Shown one piece after another: positions 9,020 through 19,071 of a DNA stretch of 64,000 bases; position 1 is the stretch's first letter, and the number at the start of each line of letters is the position of its first letter. The position numbers were made by a program, and so were the translations under genes. The notes beneath the pieces are model-generated. The model saw only the letters and a program-made list of their open reading frames with translations. It had not been told where the DNA came from and made no database searches. This stretch comes from an uncultured virus (IMG/VR IMGVR_UViG_3300044946_000014) (lineage: Duplodnaviria; Heunggongvirae; Uroviricota; Caudoviricetes): the IMG/VR virus record IMGVR_UViG_3300044946_000014. One strand, written 5' to 3'.

Positions 9020-10972
9020 CTATTGCTTGAAGTAATTCAATTGCCCAATCAACGTACTGGTGTTCGAAAAATTACTGTTCGTCAACGCACTGGTTCCACT
9101 TGCGCCTTGCGCATACAGATTCACCGTGGTTCCACCGGGAGCGGCTTCGGCCAGGATTGGGCCAGTAAGAGAGGCCATACCACTTGCACCCATGACCGGG
9201 GATACGCCACCGTAATAAAATCCGCTTGCGGGGCCTGGTTGGATTGGAAGGCCGGTAAGCGTAGCTGCGCCAGTCGAAGAGCCAACGGCAGACAGTGACG
9301 TATAGAACTGTACAGATACCTGCATTCCCTTGATTTCGTATTCACACGAGCGAGTGTTGTACGTTAATCCGGTCGATCCGCCACCGAATGCAACGCCAAT
9401 CGAACACGAGGCCGGTCCCCCGTAGATGCGATTTCCACTAGATGACCCGGTTTCTGTGATGCCGTTGTATCCCAAAACCGTATTGTTACTCTGCGTGATC
9501 GCGTGCAGAATGCTGTTGGTCGTGTTGTTCAGGACAACGGCGTATGAACCGTTATTGTTGTGGTTATAGTCATGGATGTCGGCGTCCACCGTGACGTTGT
9601 TCGAATTCGTGACATACACGGCGTCATCGCCCTTGTCGATGTGAATTCCTCGTGCCGTTACGTAAGTGGCACCATTCAAAAGAAGGCCGTATGTTGTACT
9701 TGAACCGATCCATACGTTCGAAAACTGAATATCGGTGGCCGCCTGTGCGTTCGTCCCTTGTTGAATGAGAATTCCGGGGCCGGATGTCGTATCGCTTAGG
9801 ATGTTGGCAAAATGGCCAAATTGACATGGCGTGGTACTTTGCAAGAACGAATATCCACAAAGAGTCCAGCCATTTACGCCGTTTTCGGCTTCGTCGTTGA
9901 CGAATTTCGACCCGGCAAAATACCTCAACTCATAGCCGATATTCGAAACACCTTGAACGGTCATGTTTGTGACGATCAATGCATTGTTTGGCATCGTGTC
10001 TGATACGTTCGTCGGAACGCCAGCGTACAAGCCATCGTAATTCTGTTGACCTCCTGCCCCATACACTCGGACATTGTCAATGACCGTCTGCCATTGGTCT
10101 TGCATATCAAGCGCATGGTAGCAGCCAGTTAAAAACAGGTCACGGATAGTTCCGCTATTCACATAAGTGAAACTAACACCGTGCGCGCTCGTGTTCGACA
10201 ATCCCGGACATTGAATCCACATGGATTGAACGCCCGTATTGTTATCTACGGCCGAAAGCGTTCCGTTATCAACGATGGCTGGAGCATTTGCAGTTTGTTG
10301 GATAACAGTAGACTGCCGAGATTCTCCGGCTAACACAACGCCACTTTTCCCGGTCAAATTCAACGACGAGCTAATCTTGTAGGTGCCACGCGGAAAATTG
10401 ACTTTTACGCCATTCTGGATGACGGTGGAAACCGTTGCCGCGTAATTGATCGCATTTTGAATGCCAGTCGTGCTATCGGTCGAACCAGTCGCATCAACGC
10501 CTGAGAAATCCAGAACTGAAACAGTATCGCCAAACTTGCTCGTCAGAGCGCGCGCGCCAGAACCGGTTGCGCTGAAAAGATATTGCAAATTCCCTGTCGC
10601 CGCCGTGGCCGTAGCTGCGTTCGTCCCGCCATTCGCAATCGGAACTGTCGAAGATCCTAGGATGCTCGTCAGCGCCGCCGCCTGCGTAGTCGCATTCGTG
10701 CCGCCAGAGGCAAAGCCAATCGGCGACGACAGGCCGCTGATCGTGCCGCCAGTGATCGTCGCGTTTGACGTTGCGATGCTGTTGAGCGTCGTCGTACCAG
10801 TGACCGTAAGCGACGGCACCGTCAACGGCCCGGTAAGCGTCGCGCCAGCCAGCGGAACATAGAGCGCGAATTGGTTATTCAGTTGCGCCGCGGTGAGGAT
10901 CTGGCCTGGCGTGAACTGGGCGAGCGCGGGCAGCGAGATGAGCAGCAAGAGAGCGGCTAGGAGTTTTCGCAT
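9020..10972 (-). CDS. tailspike/depolymerase-like parallel beta-helix protein with N-terminal signal peptide
   Basis: VSVLDF..DATGSTDSTTGIQNAI...FPRGTYKI pectate-lyase-3-like start, Asn/Gly-rich beta-helix; MRKLLAALLLLISLPALA signal sequence. Confidence 0.8.
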   Translation of the reverse strand: MRKLLAALLLLISLPALAQFTPGQILTAAQLNNQFALYVPLAGATLTGPLTVPSLTVTGTTTLNSIATSNATITGGTISGLSSPIGFASGGTNATTQAAALTSILGSSTVPIANGGTNAATATAATGNLQYLFSATGSGARALTSKFGDTVSVLDFSGVDATGSTDSTTGIQNAINYAATVSTVIQNGVKVNFPRGTYKISSSLNLTGKSGVVLAGESRQSTVIQQTANAPAIVDNGTLSAVDNNTGVQSMWIQCPGLSNTSAHGVSFTYVNSGTIRDLFLTGCYHALDMQDQWQTVIDNVRVYGAGGQQNYDGLYAGVPTNVSDTMPNNALIVTNMTVQGVSNIGYELRYFAGSKFVNDEAENGVNGWTLCGYSFLQSTTPCQFGHFANILSDTTSGPGILIQQGTNAQAATDIQFSNVWIGSSTTYGLLLNGATYVTARGIHIDKGDDAVYVTNSNNVTVDADIHDYNHNNNGSYAVVLNNTTNSILHAITQSNNTVLGYNGITETGSSSGNRIYGGPASCSIGVAFGGGSTGLTYNTRSCEYEIKGMQVSVQFYTSLSAVGSSTGAATLTGLPIQPGPASGFYYGGVSPVMGASGMASLTGPILAEAAPGGTTVNLYAQGASGTSALTNSNFSNTSTLIGQLNYFKQ

Positions 10973-11015
10973 GTCAGAAATGAAAAAACCGCCCGGAGGC
11001 GGCTAAATGTTTTGC

Positions 11016-11045
11016 TTGACTTCATAGCCCCGAGGGGGCTACGCT
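11016..11045 (+). promoter_or_regulatory. sigma70-like promoter with overlapping palindromic operator
   Basis: TTGACT-N18-TACGCT; TAGCCCC-GAG-GGGGCTA at 11025-11041. Confidence 0.5.
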
Positions 11046-11141
11046 TAAAGAGTAGGGTAGTGCATCGCGCGCAGCCCGCTACCTCCGAAAGGAAGATCAT
11101 GAAACCCTTATTTCGCGAGTGCGCATTGCGCGCTATCAGGC

Positions 11142-11411
11142 ATGTCCATCCGATACTCTCCGCCATCCACGGAAGATCTCCAGAATCTCAAGGCTCGTCT
11201 TGGCTATACTGGCGAGCAGATGGCCGACCTGTTCGGGCTGGCAGGAAACAATCAATGGCGGAAGTACACAGGTGGTCGCGAGCCGCGTCCGATGGGATTG
11301 GCGATGTTGTTTCTCGCGGGAGCGCTGCTCAATCACAACGCGACTGCGGAACAGATCTTCGAATGGTGCCGAGAAGTGGGCGCTACTGTCGAATTGTTGC
11401 CTCGGGAATGA
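11142..11411 (+). CDS. XRE-like HTH transcriptional regulator (moron)
   Basis: LKARLGYTGEQMADLFGL...QWRKYTGG HTH. Confidence 0.75.
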   Translation: MSIRYSPPSTEDLQNLKARLGYTGEQMADLFGLAGNNQWRKYTGGREPRPMGLAMLFLAGALLNHNATAEQIFEWCREVGATVELLPRE

Positions 11412-12124
11412 AAGCCACAACCGTGTTCGCGCTGATTGTCGGAATGGCGGCTTGTGGCGGTGGAGGCGGCGGCGATTCTGCGCAGACGGTGCCGGTCACA
11501 CAACCTGCTGTCACAAAGCATGTCATTGTGCGCCAATACGGGGATTCGACGACATCCGGACTTACTTATCAGAATGGCGCGTACGTTGTTGCCAAGCAAA
11601 CGTCTGCTGATCGACTATACGTCGATCTTCAAGCACAATTTGGCGGCGCGGTCACTGTTGATGACCAGGGTGTTCCGTCAACATGTGCCGAGAATCTTCT
11701 CAATGGTGACGGCGTGCACGCACCATTCGCGCAAGAAATTCAGACAACGAGCGCACAAATCATAACGTTCAATTTCGGAATGAACGACGGATGGTGGTGT
11801 CATCGAACAGTCGATCAGTACGCAGCCGATATGGGACAACTTATCGATATCGCACGCGCAGCAGGAAAAACCGTAGTTCTCGAAGAACCTAATCCGACGA
11901 CGAGTCCAGACAATTTGAATCTTGACGCATACGTGGCAGCACTACGCAGCGTCGCAGCCGATAAAGCCGTACCGCTTGTCGCTCAATACGACTACATCAA
12001 GACTGTATCTAACTGGCAATCTTTGCTTTCAGACGGAACTCACCCTACCATCGTACTCTACGCGATCAAAGGTGATCGCGAAGCCCAAGTAATTGCGCCG
12101 ATCGTCAGTCAATTGTTGAAGTGA
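11408..12124 (+). CDS. SGNH/GDSL hydrolase lipoprotein (moron)
   Basis: MAAC lipobox, YGDSTT, GMND, DGTHP catalytic blocks; antisense to late operon. Confidence 0.88.
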   Translation: MKATTVFALIVGMAACGGGGGGDSAQTVPVTQPAVTKHVIVRQYGDSTTSGLTYQNGAYVVAKQTSADRLYVDLQAQFGGAVTVDDQGVPSTCAENLLNGDGVHAPFAQEIQTTSAQIITFNFGMNDGWWCHRTVDQYAADMGQLIDIARAAGKTVVLEEPNPTTSPDNLNLDAYVAALRSVAADKAVPLVAQYDYIKTVSNWQSLLSDGTHPTIVLYAIKGDREAQVIAPIVSQLLK

Positions 12125-12580
12125 TCAAACCTGCGGCGCCGAAGGTGCCGCAGGCGCAGTCGGCCACGTTACCGTCACTGGGAATCCGGACTGCTTGGTA
12201 ACGTCGCGGAGGGATTGGCGATAGGTAGTCCACGCCTGGAATTGCGCTGTCGTCAGCGTAGTTGGAATGCCAGTATCGATTTGATCTCGGTGCCGTTGCA
12301 CAACCCAATCGCATTGGTTCATCAATCCGTCTCTTTGCGCTCTTACTTGATCGGCCAATTGAGCAGATGTTGGAGAAGGGGCGGCGATCCATACTGGCAT
12401 ACCGCCCGACCCGACGCCGCGAGTCATGCCTTCGGGGGGAGTTTGGCACGCAAATTTTTGAAAAGTGCTGTCGTCAACTGCAACGCCATCTTGCGGCCAC
12501 GCTCCGCGCGCTTGATAGTCGGATTGATATTTTGTTGCGAAGAAGATATTTAGCGACGGGCTAAAAACATAATTTGACAT
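12125..12580 (-). CDS. tail fibre assembly chaperone
   Basis: VRAQRDGLM...W..YRQSLRDV...FP..VTWPTAP motif; follows fibre gene. Confidence 0.85.
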   Translation of the reverse strand: MSNYVFSPSLNIFFATKYQSDYQARGAWPQDGVAVDDSTFQKFACQTPPEGMTRGVGSGGMPVWIAAPSPTSAQLADQVRAQRDGLMNQCDWVVQRHRDQIDTGIPTTLTTAQFQAWTTYRQSLRDVTKQSGFPVTVTWPTAPAAPSAPQV

Positions 12581-12589
12581 ATTGTCCTC

Positions 12590-13822
12590 TTAGTAACCGA
12601 TGCCAAATGCCGCCACGGCAGCAGTACCCGTATTCACGACACACTGCACCTGCGTCAACGAGGGAGGCGATACGGTCGCCGCATATTGGGTGAGAGGGCC
12701 GGAGGATACCGATACGGAACACCACTCGATTTCAACTGCATTCGGAAATGCAATAGGCCAGCTGGCAAGCGTGCCACCAGTGCCTACAGACCCGATTGTC
12801 ACCCATTGCAAGATGGCGGTTTTTTTAACCCCACCAACTATCATGGGGAATTCGAGATACCCACTTGCTGCCATCGACGCCAGGAATTGCCCCAACTGCA
12901 CTGCATGCCCACTCTGCGTGGCAGGGGCGATTTGCCACGGGTCGATATTGACGTTTGTTCCATCTCCCCGCAGCTCGATTGCTCCAGGCACAAGAGTCAC
13001 AGGAGTGCCGCCACTAATGAGTGCCGACAATACGAACGATCCAGGTACCGTCTGGTTGACGATGTACCACTTCTGCGATGTGGCAGGAAACGTAATTTGA
13101 ACGTTCCCCGTCAGCGTGCCTGTGATGAAGATGATGGGTTTCGCTGACTGAACAGACGTCAGCGTGACGTTTGCATTCGTGACTGCTACCGATGTTGACC
13201 CATAGAACGATCCAGGCAACCAATTGCTGCCGCCCGAGGCCGTGATCGTGGTGCTCGACGCTGTTTGCGACGTGCTGACCGTATAAGTGCCATTTCCACC
13301 CGTCCCAGTACCGAGCGCAAGGATCTGGGTGCCAGAAGTGATTCCGGTGCCGGACAGTACCTGGCCGACCTGCACCGTCCCGGATGCCACAGCAGTGACA
13401 GTAAGTGTCGTGCCGCTAATCGAACCGGTGAATGATGCGGAACCGGCGTCCGGATCGGTCTTATTGTTATCGACCGTGTTGCGCCAGAATCCAGTGCCAT
13501 CGCCACTTTGCAGAACAGCGCCATTGGGATAGCCTCCGATCGCATTTGCATACGTCGCGTTATAGACCGGTTGACCGCCTACTTGCTCCCATTGAATGCC
13601 GGCCGTCACCTGATTCAGCAGGCCGTTCATATCCTGTCCGAACGGCGGAACACCGCCAGCATTGACGGCTAGAAAGGTGAGGGGCGGGAAGCCGTCCGTC
13701 AGACTCGCGGCACCGTTTTGAACACCAATTTGACTTGCGACGGGAATCGGCCGGATATAACCAGCACCGGCGGAATTTGCGAACGGTGCCTGGAAAAAAG
13801 TCGGAACCTGGCTAGCCTGCAT
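12590..13822 (-). CDS. tail fibre protein
   Basis: GFPPLT...[13 protein letters not shown]-terminus, [10 protein letters not shown]-terminal gp53-like ILQW...WPIAFPN. Confidence 0.85.
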   Translation of the reverse strand: MQASQVPTFFQAPFANSAGAGYIRPIPVASQIGVQNGAASLTDGFPPLTFLAVNAGGVPPFGQDMNGLLNQVTAGIQWEQVGGQPVYNATYANAIGGYPNGAVLQSGDGTGFWRNTVDNNKTDPDAGSASFTGSISGTTLTVTAVASGTVQVGQVLSGTGITSGTQILALGTGTGGNGTYTVSTSQTASSTTITASGGSNWLPGSFYGSTSVAVTNANVTLTSVQSAKPIIFITGTLTGNVQITFPATSQKWYIVNQTVPGSFVLSALISGGTPVTLVPGAIELRGDGTNVNIDPWQIAPATQSGHAVQLGQFLASMAASGYLEFPMIVGGVKKTAILQWVTIGSVGTGGTLASWPIAFPNAVEIEWCSVSVSSGPLTQYAATVSPPSLTQVQCVVNTGTAAVAAFGIGY

Positions 13823-13908
13823 GTTTGGGAAATCCAAAAGAAAAACCCGCACAAGGCGGGTTTGGGGAATAAGGAGTCGCCAGCCGGCGGCGCAATCGAA
13901 ATATGGGT

Positions 13909-14637
13909 TTAAAACAATCTAGACTCATCAAGAATGAAAGTTGAGTCCAATGTCGGCGCGGGAATCGGGGCAGGAGGTGGATTTACGGTTGAAAACCCAT
14001 AAAAAAAAGCTCCATTATTAAATCCTGCCGCACTCAAACCAGCCTCCGCAAATCCAAAAGTCGGCGGCGATACAACCATGATGCTTGCACCTACTCCGGT
14101 TGGAGGGGAGAAAGCACCAGATTGCGTGAGAATCGCAATCTCGAATGTCTCAAGAGGAAACATGAAGACAAGATTCATCTGCATGTTTCCAGAATCAGTA
14201 ACGAACGCATTTCCCCGATTGGGGAACAACTGCATAAGAATCGTGTTGTATGTTCTGATTGAACAATTTGAGATGTTTGCCAACGCCTTGATGAGAATCA
14301 ATGCGCGGAAAGCATCATCAGACAACGTATAGTTCTGGGTTACCTGAGTTCCTGAGTAGAATGGCCCTTGACCGAATGGTGCAGCCGACGCTGTTCCTGC
14401 TTCTTCAAATCCCAGATCAATCGTCCCTCCCGGAATCTGTAGAACATTCGTCACACCAACAATGCGCCCCCAAACCTGAAGTCCATATCCCTGAGCTGTG
14501 TCTACATTCCAAACCAGATTGTAAAAGGCATCTATATTAGGGGATGGATCTACTGCCGAGTTGAAGCTCGAAATGAGCGACATGAGTGCGGGACTATTGG
14601 CATACTGACTAAGTATGGTTTCCAGATAGTTCTGCAT
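13909..14637 (-). CDS. baseplate protein (DUF2612-like)
   Basis: [31 protein letters not shown] motifs; after baseplate J. Confidence 0.85.
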   Translation of the reverse strand: MQNYLETILSQYANSPALMSLISSFNSAVDPSPNIDAFYNLVWNVDTAQGYGLQVWGRIVGVTNVLQIPGGTIDLGFEEAGTASAAPFGQGPFYSGTQVTQNYTLSDDAFRALILIKALANISNCSIRTYNTILMQLFPNRGNAFVTDSGNMQMNLVFMFPLETFEIAILTQSGAFSPPTGVGASIMVVSPPTFGFAEAGLSAAGFNNGAFFYGFSTVNPPPAPIPAPTLDSTFILDESRLF

Positions 14638-14638
14638 T

Positions 14639-16084
14639 TCACGAGAAGCTCACTGTGATGTTGCTGACGGCACACGTAGGAACTTGATTGATAGCCATCA
14701 GAACTGAATTCTGATTGGCTACACCTACCCCGACTTGTATAGAATAGATCATTGCCCATGGCCCGAGCGCAGCAATGTTTGCATAGAAACGAGACGCGAA
14801 GATCCATGACCCAATGCGTGCACGCGGCCCATTATCGGCGCCCGTGAACGATTGAAGCACTGCATTCTGTACAAGTTGCACCGCGTTTGATGGAACGCTT
14901 GCATTGCTTTGCATCGCCACCAGTAACGCTACCGAAGTGGGCGTTGGCGTTTCATATGTGACGGTATATTGAGGATACGGAGGGCTATACGGATTGGCCG
15001 TAGTGCCCATGTCAATCACTGTTGCGGACGTATTGCCGTTGTAGTTGCATCCAGGGCTCTTTTTCGTCCAGATGGCTTTACAAATATCCTGTGCAGCACC
15101 ACCGTATGCCGCGACATAGAGAGAGTTTTTCACAAGTTGGACGCCACCAGATGCAATGGTCATTGCTTGCGAACCAACGGTTTGGCTTATGTTGATTGCA
15201 TATGTTCCGGTGCCTCCAATACCTGATCCCAGCGCAGTAATCAACGTCCCCTGAGCAATACCCGCTCCAGTCACCATCTGACCGACAGTAATCGCACCAG
15301 GAAGCCCGCTGCCCGTCCAACTAGGATCGGCGGTCGTTACCGTCAGGGTTGCGCCGCTGATCGAGCCAATGACGCTCGCCCCACTGGTAAAACCATTCAC
15401 GTTCTCTGTTGCGTACGCATCCAGAACGTTGGTTACATCGAACACAGCACCTAGTACGGAAGGCAGTGATCCTTGTGCGTTGAGCGCAACAGATTGGGAT
15501 CGTCTATATTCAAAATCGGCACGAGACTCGACATCATTTCCGACGACACCCGATAAGCAAGTGACAGAATCCCAACCGGAAATGGCCTGATAGATCGAAA
15601 CGCCATTTGTCGCAGGTACAGGGATAGGGCCGGTAGTTGTACAGGCGAATGACGTAGTTACCGAACCGCCCGAGGGAATCGTGACAGTATCCGTGCAACT
15701 ATAGATATTACCGGCCGAATCCTGAAGCAGCGCACTGTTTGCAGGAATCAGAACACCAGCCAGACCATTGCACGAAATTTGAAGCACGGTCGGCTGAGCC
15801 GGGTTTCGCTCGATGTAGTAAATTCGACCAATGGCATCTTGCATGCGTCCCGCCGCATAGGCGGGGTCAACACCATTTGCTAGCGCGAGGAACTGATCGT
15901 TTGCATCACCGATGATTGCAGTGTCGGATTGAGCGATCTGCCCTTGAGGCGTGGTTAAGCCGGGATTGACGTTGCCGCCGAAGGCCGTATTGATGTCGGC
16001 TTGGCGACCAGCAAGAATGGCACTTTCTGCGGGCGCAACGAACCCAGTCGTGCCAAACGAGGGAGCTGGAACATTCGTGGTCAT
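14639..16084 (-). CDS. baseplate J/gp47-like wedge protein
   Basis: TPQGQ, GRMQDAIGRIY, G.DVESRADFEYRR motifs. Confidence 0.88.
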   Translation of the reverse strand: MTTNVPAPSFGTTGFVAPAESAILAGRQADINTAFGGNVNPGLTTPQGQIAQSDTAIIGDANDQFLALANGVDPAYAAGRMQDAIGRIYYIERNPAQPTVLQISCNGLAGVLIPANSALLQDSAGNIYSCTDTVTIPSGGSVTTSFACTTTGPIPVPATNGVSIYQAISGWDSVTCLSGVVGNDVESRADFEYRRSQSVALNAQGSLPSVLGAVFDVTNVLDAYATENVNGFTSGASVIGSISGATLTVTTADPSWTGSGLPGAITVGQMVTGAGIAQGTLITALGSGIGGTGTYAINISQTVGSQAMTIASGGVQLVKNSLYVAAYGGAAQDICKAIWTKKSPGCNYNGNTSATVIDMGTTANPYSPPYPQYTVTYETPTPTSVALLVAMQSNASVPSNAVQLVQNAVLQSFTGADNGPRARIGSWIFASRFYANIAALGPWAMIYSIQVGVGVANQNSVLMAINQVPTCAVSNITVSFS

Positions 16085-16133
16085 CGAGAGGGCGCAAAAA
16101 AGCCGCCCTTAGGCGGCTGGTTATTGTCTTGAG

Positions 16134-16487
16134 TTAGAAACTCGCTGCGGTTGTATTTCCACTTGAGTCAGTGACTTGCACTTGGCCTTGCAACTGCCGG
16201 TTATCAACACCAGAAATGAAGACTTGTGCGCTTACAACTCCAGGAACTGTTAACGCGGCGCTGACGAGATCAGATTTGACGAGTGAGAGAGATGGGAAGT
16301 GGCCGAGGATTTCTTGCCAGTATGGGATGCCAATCGTTGTGTCGTACCAGCATTCACCGAGGAACGTTCGACATGCACTGGCAGCATCCTGAGCTAAGCT
16401 GTATGGATTAGATGCGAGAGCAATATTTCCCGAAGAATCTAGCGTCAAGTCCCACGTCCCCGGATCGAGATAGAGCGTGTCTGCCAT
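16134..16487 (-). CDS. baseplate wedge/sheath initiator (gp25-like)
   Basis: WDLTLD..GNIA, FLGECWYDTTIGIPY motif; synteny. Confidence 0.75.
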   Translation of the reverse strand: MADTLYLDPGTWDLTLDSSGNIALASNPYSLAQDAASACRTFLGECWYDTTIGIPYWQEILGHFPSLSLVKSDLVSAALTVPGVVSAQVFISGVDNRQLQGQVQVTDSSGNTTAASF

Positions 16488-16495
16488 TTCATCAC

Positions 16496-17260
16496 TCACT
16501 GAGGCGGCCCACCCAACCCAGAACCGCCCGAGTTGATGTGCTGATGTGTGCTGTCGATCGCGTGACCGTTTGACGTGATCGAACCAATGAATTGCACCGT
16601 GCCAGTAATGATCGAGGCCACACCGCTCGTGATGCTGCCCGTCATCCCGGCAAGCCACGACAGCAAGCCCTGAATGATCACAGCACCGCTGAAATTCGAT
16701 TGCGGCGAGTTGACCGTGAACGATGTAGAAGCATTATGGACAATCTGCGGCGCAGTTAGAGATATCCGGGTCGGAGAAACCATCGAAATGCCGGAACTCG
16801 AAAACGCAATGTACTGATTTGGAGTACCATTTACAATGCCGCCCCAATAGACGGCATCAGCCATATCAAACATGCGCCGGCTGGCTGGGTTTGCCTGCCC
16901 CTTGGATGCTACTGCGCTTGAAATATCTCGATCGGCAAATCCAGCCCAACCGATATCTTCTACCTGAGGATCAAGAATGACAGCATTGCCGCCGCCCTGA
17001 AGCCGAAAGTAGGGACATCGATATATCACGCCGTGCGGCTCGGCGTTTCCAGAGCCATCAATTTGGTTCACAAGAGGCTGAATGTCTACGAATCCAACGG
17101 GAGATACCCCGCCATTGTTCGTAACTCCAATTACCTTGACGATTTGCATCGTCCGCACGCTTGCCAGAATCGACCAAACCATAAAAGTCTGGGCATTGAA
17201 ATCTGAGCCGGATGATGATGGGGTCTGCTGCCCGTTATACCCGTTATTGCTAGCTGGCAT
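16496..17260 (-). CDS. baseplate puncturing spike (Gp138-like)
   Basis: VDIQPLV, DRDIS, C-terminal H.H metal-binding tip (THQH). Confidence 0.85.
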   Translation of the reverse strand: MPASNNGYNGQQTPSSSGSDFNAQTFMVWSILASVRTMQIVKVIGVTNNGGVSPVGFVDIQPLVNQIDGSGNAEPHGVIYRCPYFRLQGGGNAVILDPQVEDIGWAGFADRDISSAVASKGQANPASRRMFDMADAVYWGGIVNGTPNQYIAFSSSGISMVSPTRISLTAPQIVHNASTSFTVNSPQSNFSGAVIIQGLLSWLAGMTGSITSGVASIITGTVQFIGSITSNGHAIDSTHQHINSGGSGLGGPPQ

Positions 17261-18137
17261 TGAAGGGCGATCCTTTGAACGTAGTTTCCCACTGACCGTT
17301 GGGCGTCTCACTCTCTAGATCGTGAAAGACCTCATACATCACGAACTTGCCGTTGGCGAATGGAAGGCTGCTTTGCACTTGGCATTTCCTGCCAATACCG
17401 AGTTGCGGATTGAAGAGGGTCCGCACATACACACCAAGATCGCAGTTCGTCGGATAACCGATCATGCCGCTACCAGGCGAAATTAAAGGTATCGCACCAC
17501 CGCGACTACCACCTTTCGGCCAGATTGCCAATGTGCCGTTCTCTAATGACCAATTAATATTCGCGGCATTGGCGCATGCTTCCATCTGCCGCTTGGGCGA
17601 GCCGGGGAAATATGGCGTTGACAGAATGACTGAGACGCCATTGTTCTCGAACGCGTAGCCATTCTCAGTGGCCAGGTTCTGCATGATGACGGCGGCATCG
17701 GCTGAACCAGGAAAACTCAGGGCCGGCGCCACCTTCAACGCCTCAAACAATCCGGCATGTGCTGTAACATGCAGAGTCGAGTCCGGCATGCCACTCATGT
17801 CTATCTGGCTCAAGGACGTTTGCCCCTGAAAGATGATGCTCATTCCAACCAGATCATCACCAGCCTCGATCACTAACTGGTTGAAGCGAATTGCGACTTG
17901 GCCATTGTCGAGTCTATTGACACTCGAAAGCTGGTTTAGCAGGGATGGCGTGAGACCATGCACGATCACCGATGCTTGGCCCATCGAGGGGGGGGCGGCA
18001 TTGGCGACGGTCGCTTGCACGCGCAAACCAGTGACCGTTACCGTGTCATATTTTCCATCAAACGAATATTGTGTGCCGTTCGTATCTTGACCTAGTTTGA
18101 AGGTCAGATTGATCTTGCGACGAACAAACGACATCAT
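17250..18137 (-). CDS. baseplate hub protein
   Basis: synteny; ISPGSGMIGYP, HDLES..PNGQW motifs. Confidence 0.75.
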   Translation of the reverse strand: MMSFVRRKINLTFKLGQDTNGTQYSFDGKYDTVTVTGLRVQATVANAAPPSMGQASVIVHGLTPSLLNQLSSVNRLDNGQVAIRFNQLVIEAGDDLVGMSIIFQGQTSLSQIDMSGMPDSTLHVTAHAGLFEALKVAPALSFPGSADAAVIMQNLATENGYAFENNGVSVILSTPYFPGSPKRQMEACANAANINWSLENGTLAIWPKGGSRGGAIPLISPGSGMIGYPTNCDLGVYVRTLFNPQLGIGRKCQVQSSLPFANGKFVMYEVFHDLESETPNGQWETTFKGSPFNAS

Positions 18138-18466
18138 CCAACCCCGTTAAGATCCGATTCTTCTAAGTAACAGAACAAATACCGAGTGCCGAGCCCCGGG
18201 CTTGATGGATCGGAACCATTGCTAGGCAGGGTAAAACTCCCCTGAGTATCTAGAAAGCAAAGATCGCCAACGAATCCTAGATAAAGGCTACGCACGATTC
18301 GATTGAGGTTCTGACAGATCACACCATTGAGAAGAGGTGCGCCATTCAAATAAACATCGCAGTAAAATCCGGTGCTCTTTTGATAAAGATTGAACTTGCA
18401 GTTTTGTCCCGCGAGTTGAGCCTCGATTGTTTGAGAATCCGTATCGGCGATCGGGATGATGAGCAT
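18134..18466 (-). CDS. baseplate plug-like protein
   Basis: FVGDLCFLDTQG...GLGTRYLF motif; synteny. Confidence 0.7.
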   Translation of the reverse strand: MLIIPIADTDSQTIEAQLAGQNCKFNLYQKSTGFYCDVYLNGAPLLNGVICQNLNRIVRSLYLGFVGDLCFLDTQGSFTLPSNGSDPSSPGLGTRYLFCYLEESDLNGVG

Positions 18467-19071
18467 TACTGAAATATCACCGTATTTGGGCCAAATAGCG
18501 TGGCCGTTCCGACTGTTGGGCTTTGAGGTTGAACCATGCCGCCCTGTTGCGCATCAGCTCCGCTTGGCTTGGCTGTATTGGTGAACGCAGGCGATGGAGC
18601 AATACGGATTTCGAGAAGCCAAAGATCGACAGTCAGAAGTCCGATCCCATTCGTAGATGTGCGCCGATAATCGTAATGAACGATATTGGCGTTCTGCATA
18701 ATGAGTTCTGGCATCACGACATCGTAAAGCTCCGTTGACTCTGCCATCGAATCGATCGTAGCCAAGAATGCTGCCCGATCAGCGTCAGTCCCACCCTTTG
18801 ACATGCTGATGCGGGCATCAAACGGCATTGTCACCTTGTTATAGCTCTGGAAGGCGCCTGCCTCTTGAGGGTAGTTGGGCAACTGCCAGTCACGCTTGAC
18901 GCTAACGCTCAACACAGAATCTGGGACGATCGAGAAGAATCCATTTTGCCCGATACCCCACTTAGGCCCAGAGAACAGGTTGAACGCAATCTGCGCATCC
19001 GCAACGAGCAACTGAACAGTATTCGCGATGTTGGCAACCTGATTCAACAGGGGGGGGATGCCATTTGCCAT
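18466..19071 (-). CDS. tail tube initiator / baseplate protein
   Basis: YPQEAGAFQSYNKV motif; follows tape measure. Confidence 0.7.
   Translation of the reverse strand: MANGIPPLLNQVANIANTVQLLVADAQIAFNLFSGPKWGIGQNGFFSIVPDSVLSVSVKRDWQLPNYPQEAGAFQSYNKVTMPFDARISMSKGGTDADRAAFLATIDSMAESTELYDVVMPELIMQNANIVHYDYRRTSTNGIGLLTVDLWLLEIRIAPSPAFTNTAKPSGADAQQGGMVQPQSPTVGTATLFGPNTVIFQ

Noticed and set aside
11012..11407. 370-aa version of the SGNH protein
   Set aside because: Overlaps the promoter and HTH gene; the lipobox start at 11408 is ATGA-coupled and more plausible.
9020..13822. Tail fibre or tailspike as DGR target or invertible cassette
   Set aside because: No VR-like C-terminus, no invertase and no flanking inverted repeats seen.
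16261..16270. CTGACGAG hammerhead-like core
   Set aside because: Inside a coding region on its antisense strand, with no matching GAAA/stem arrangement.
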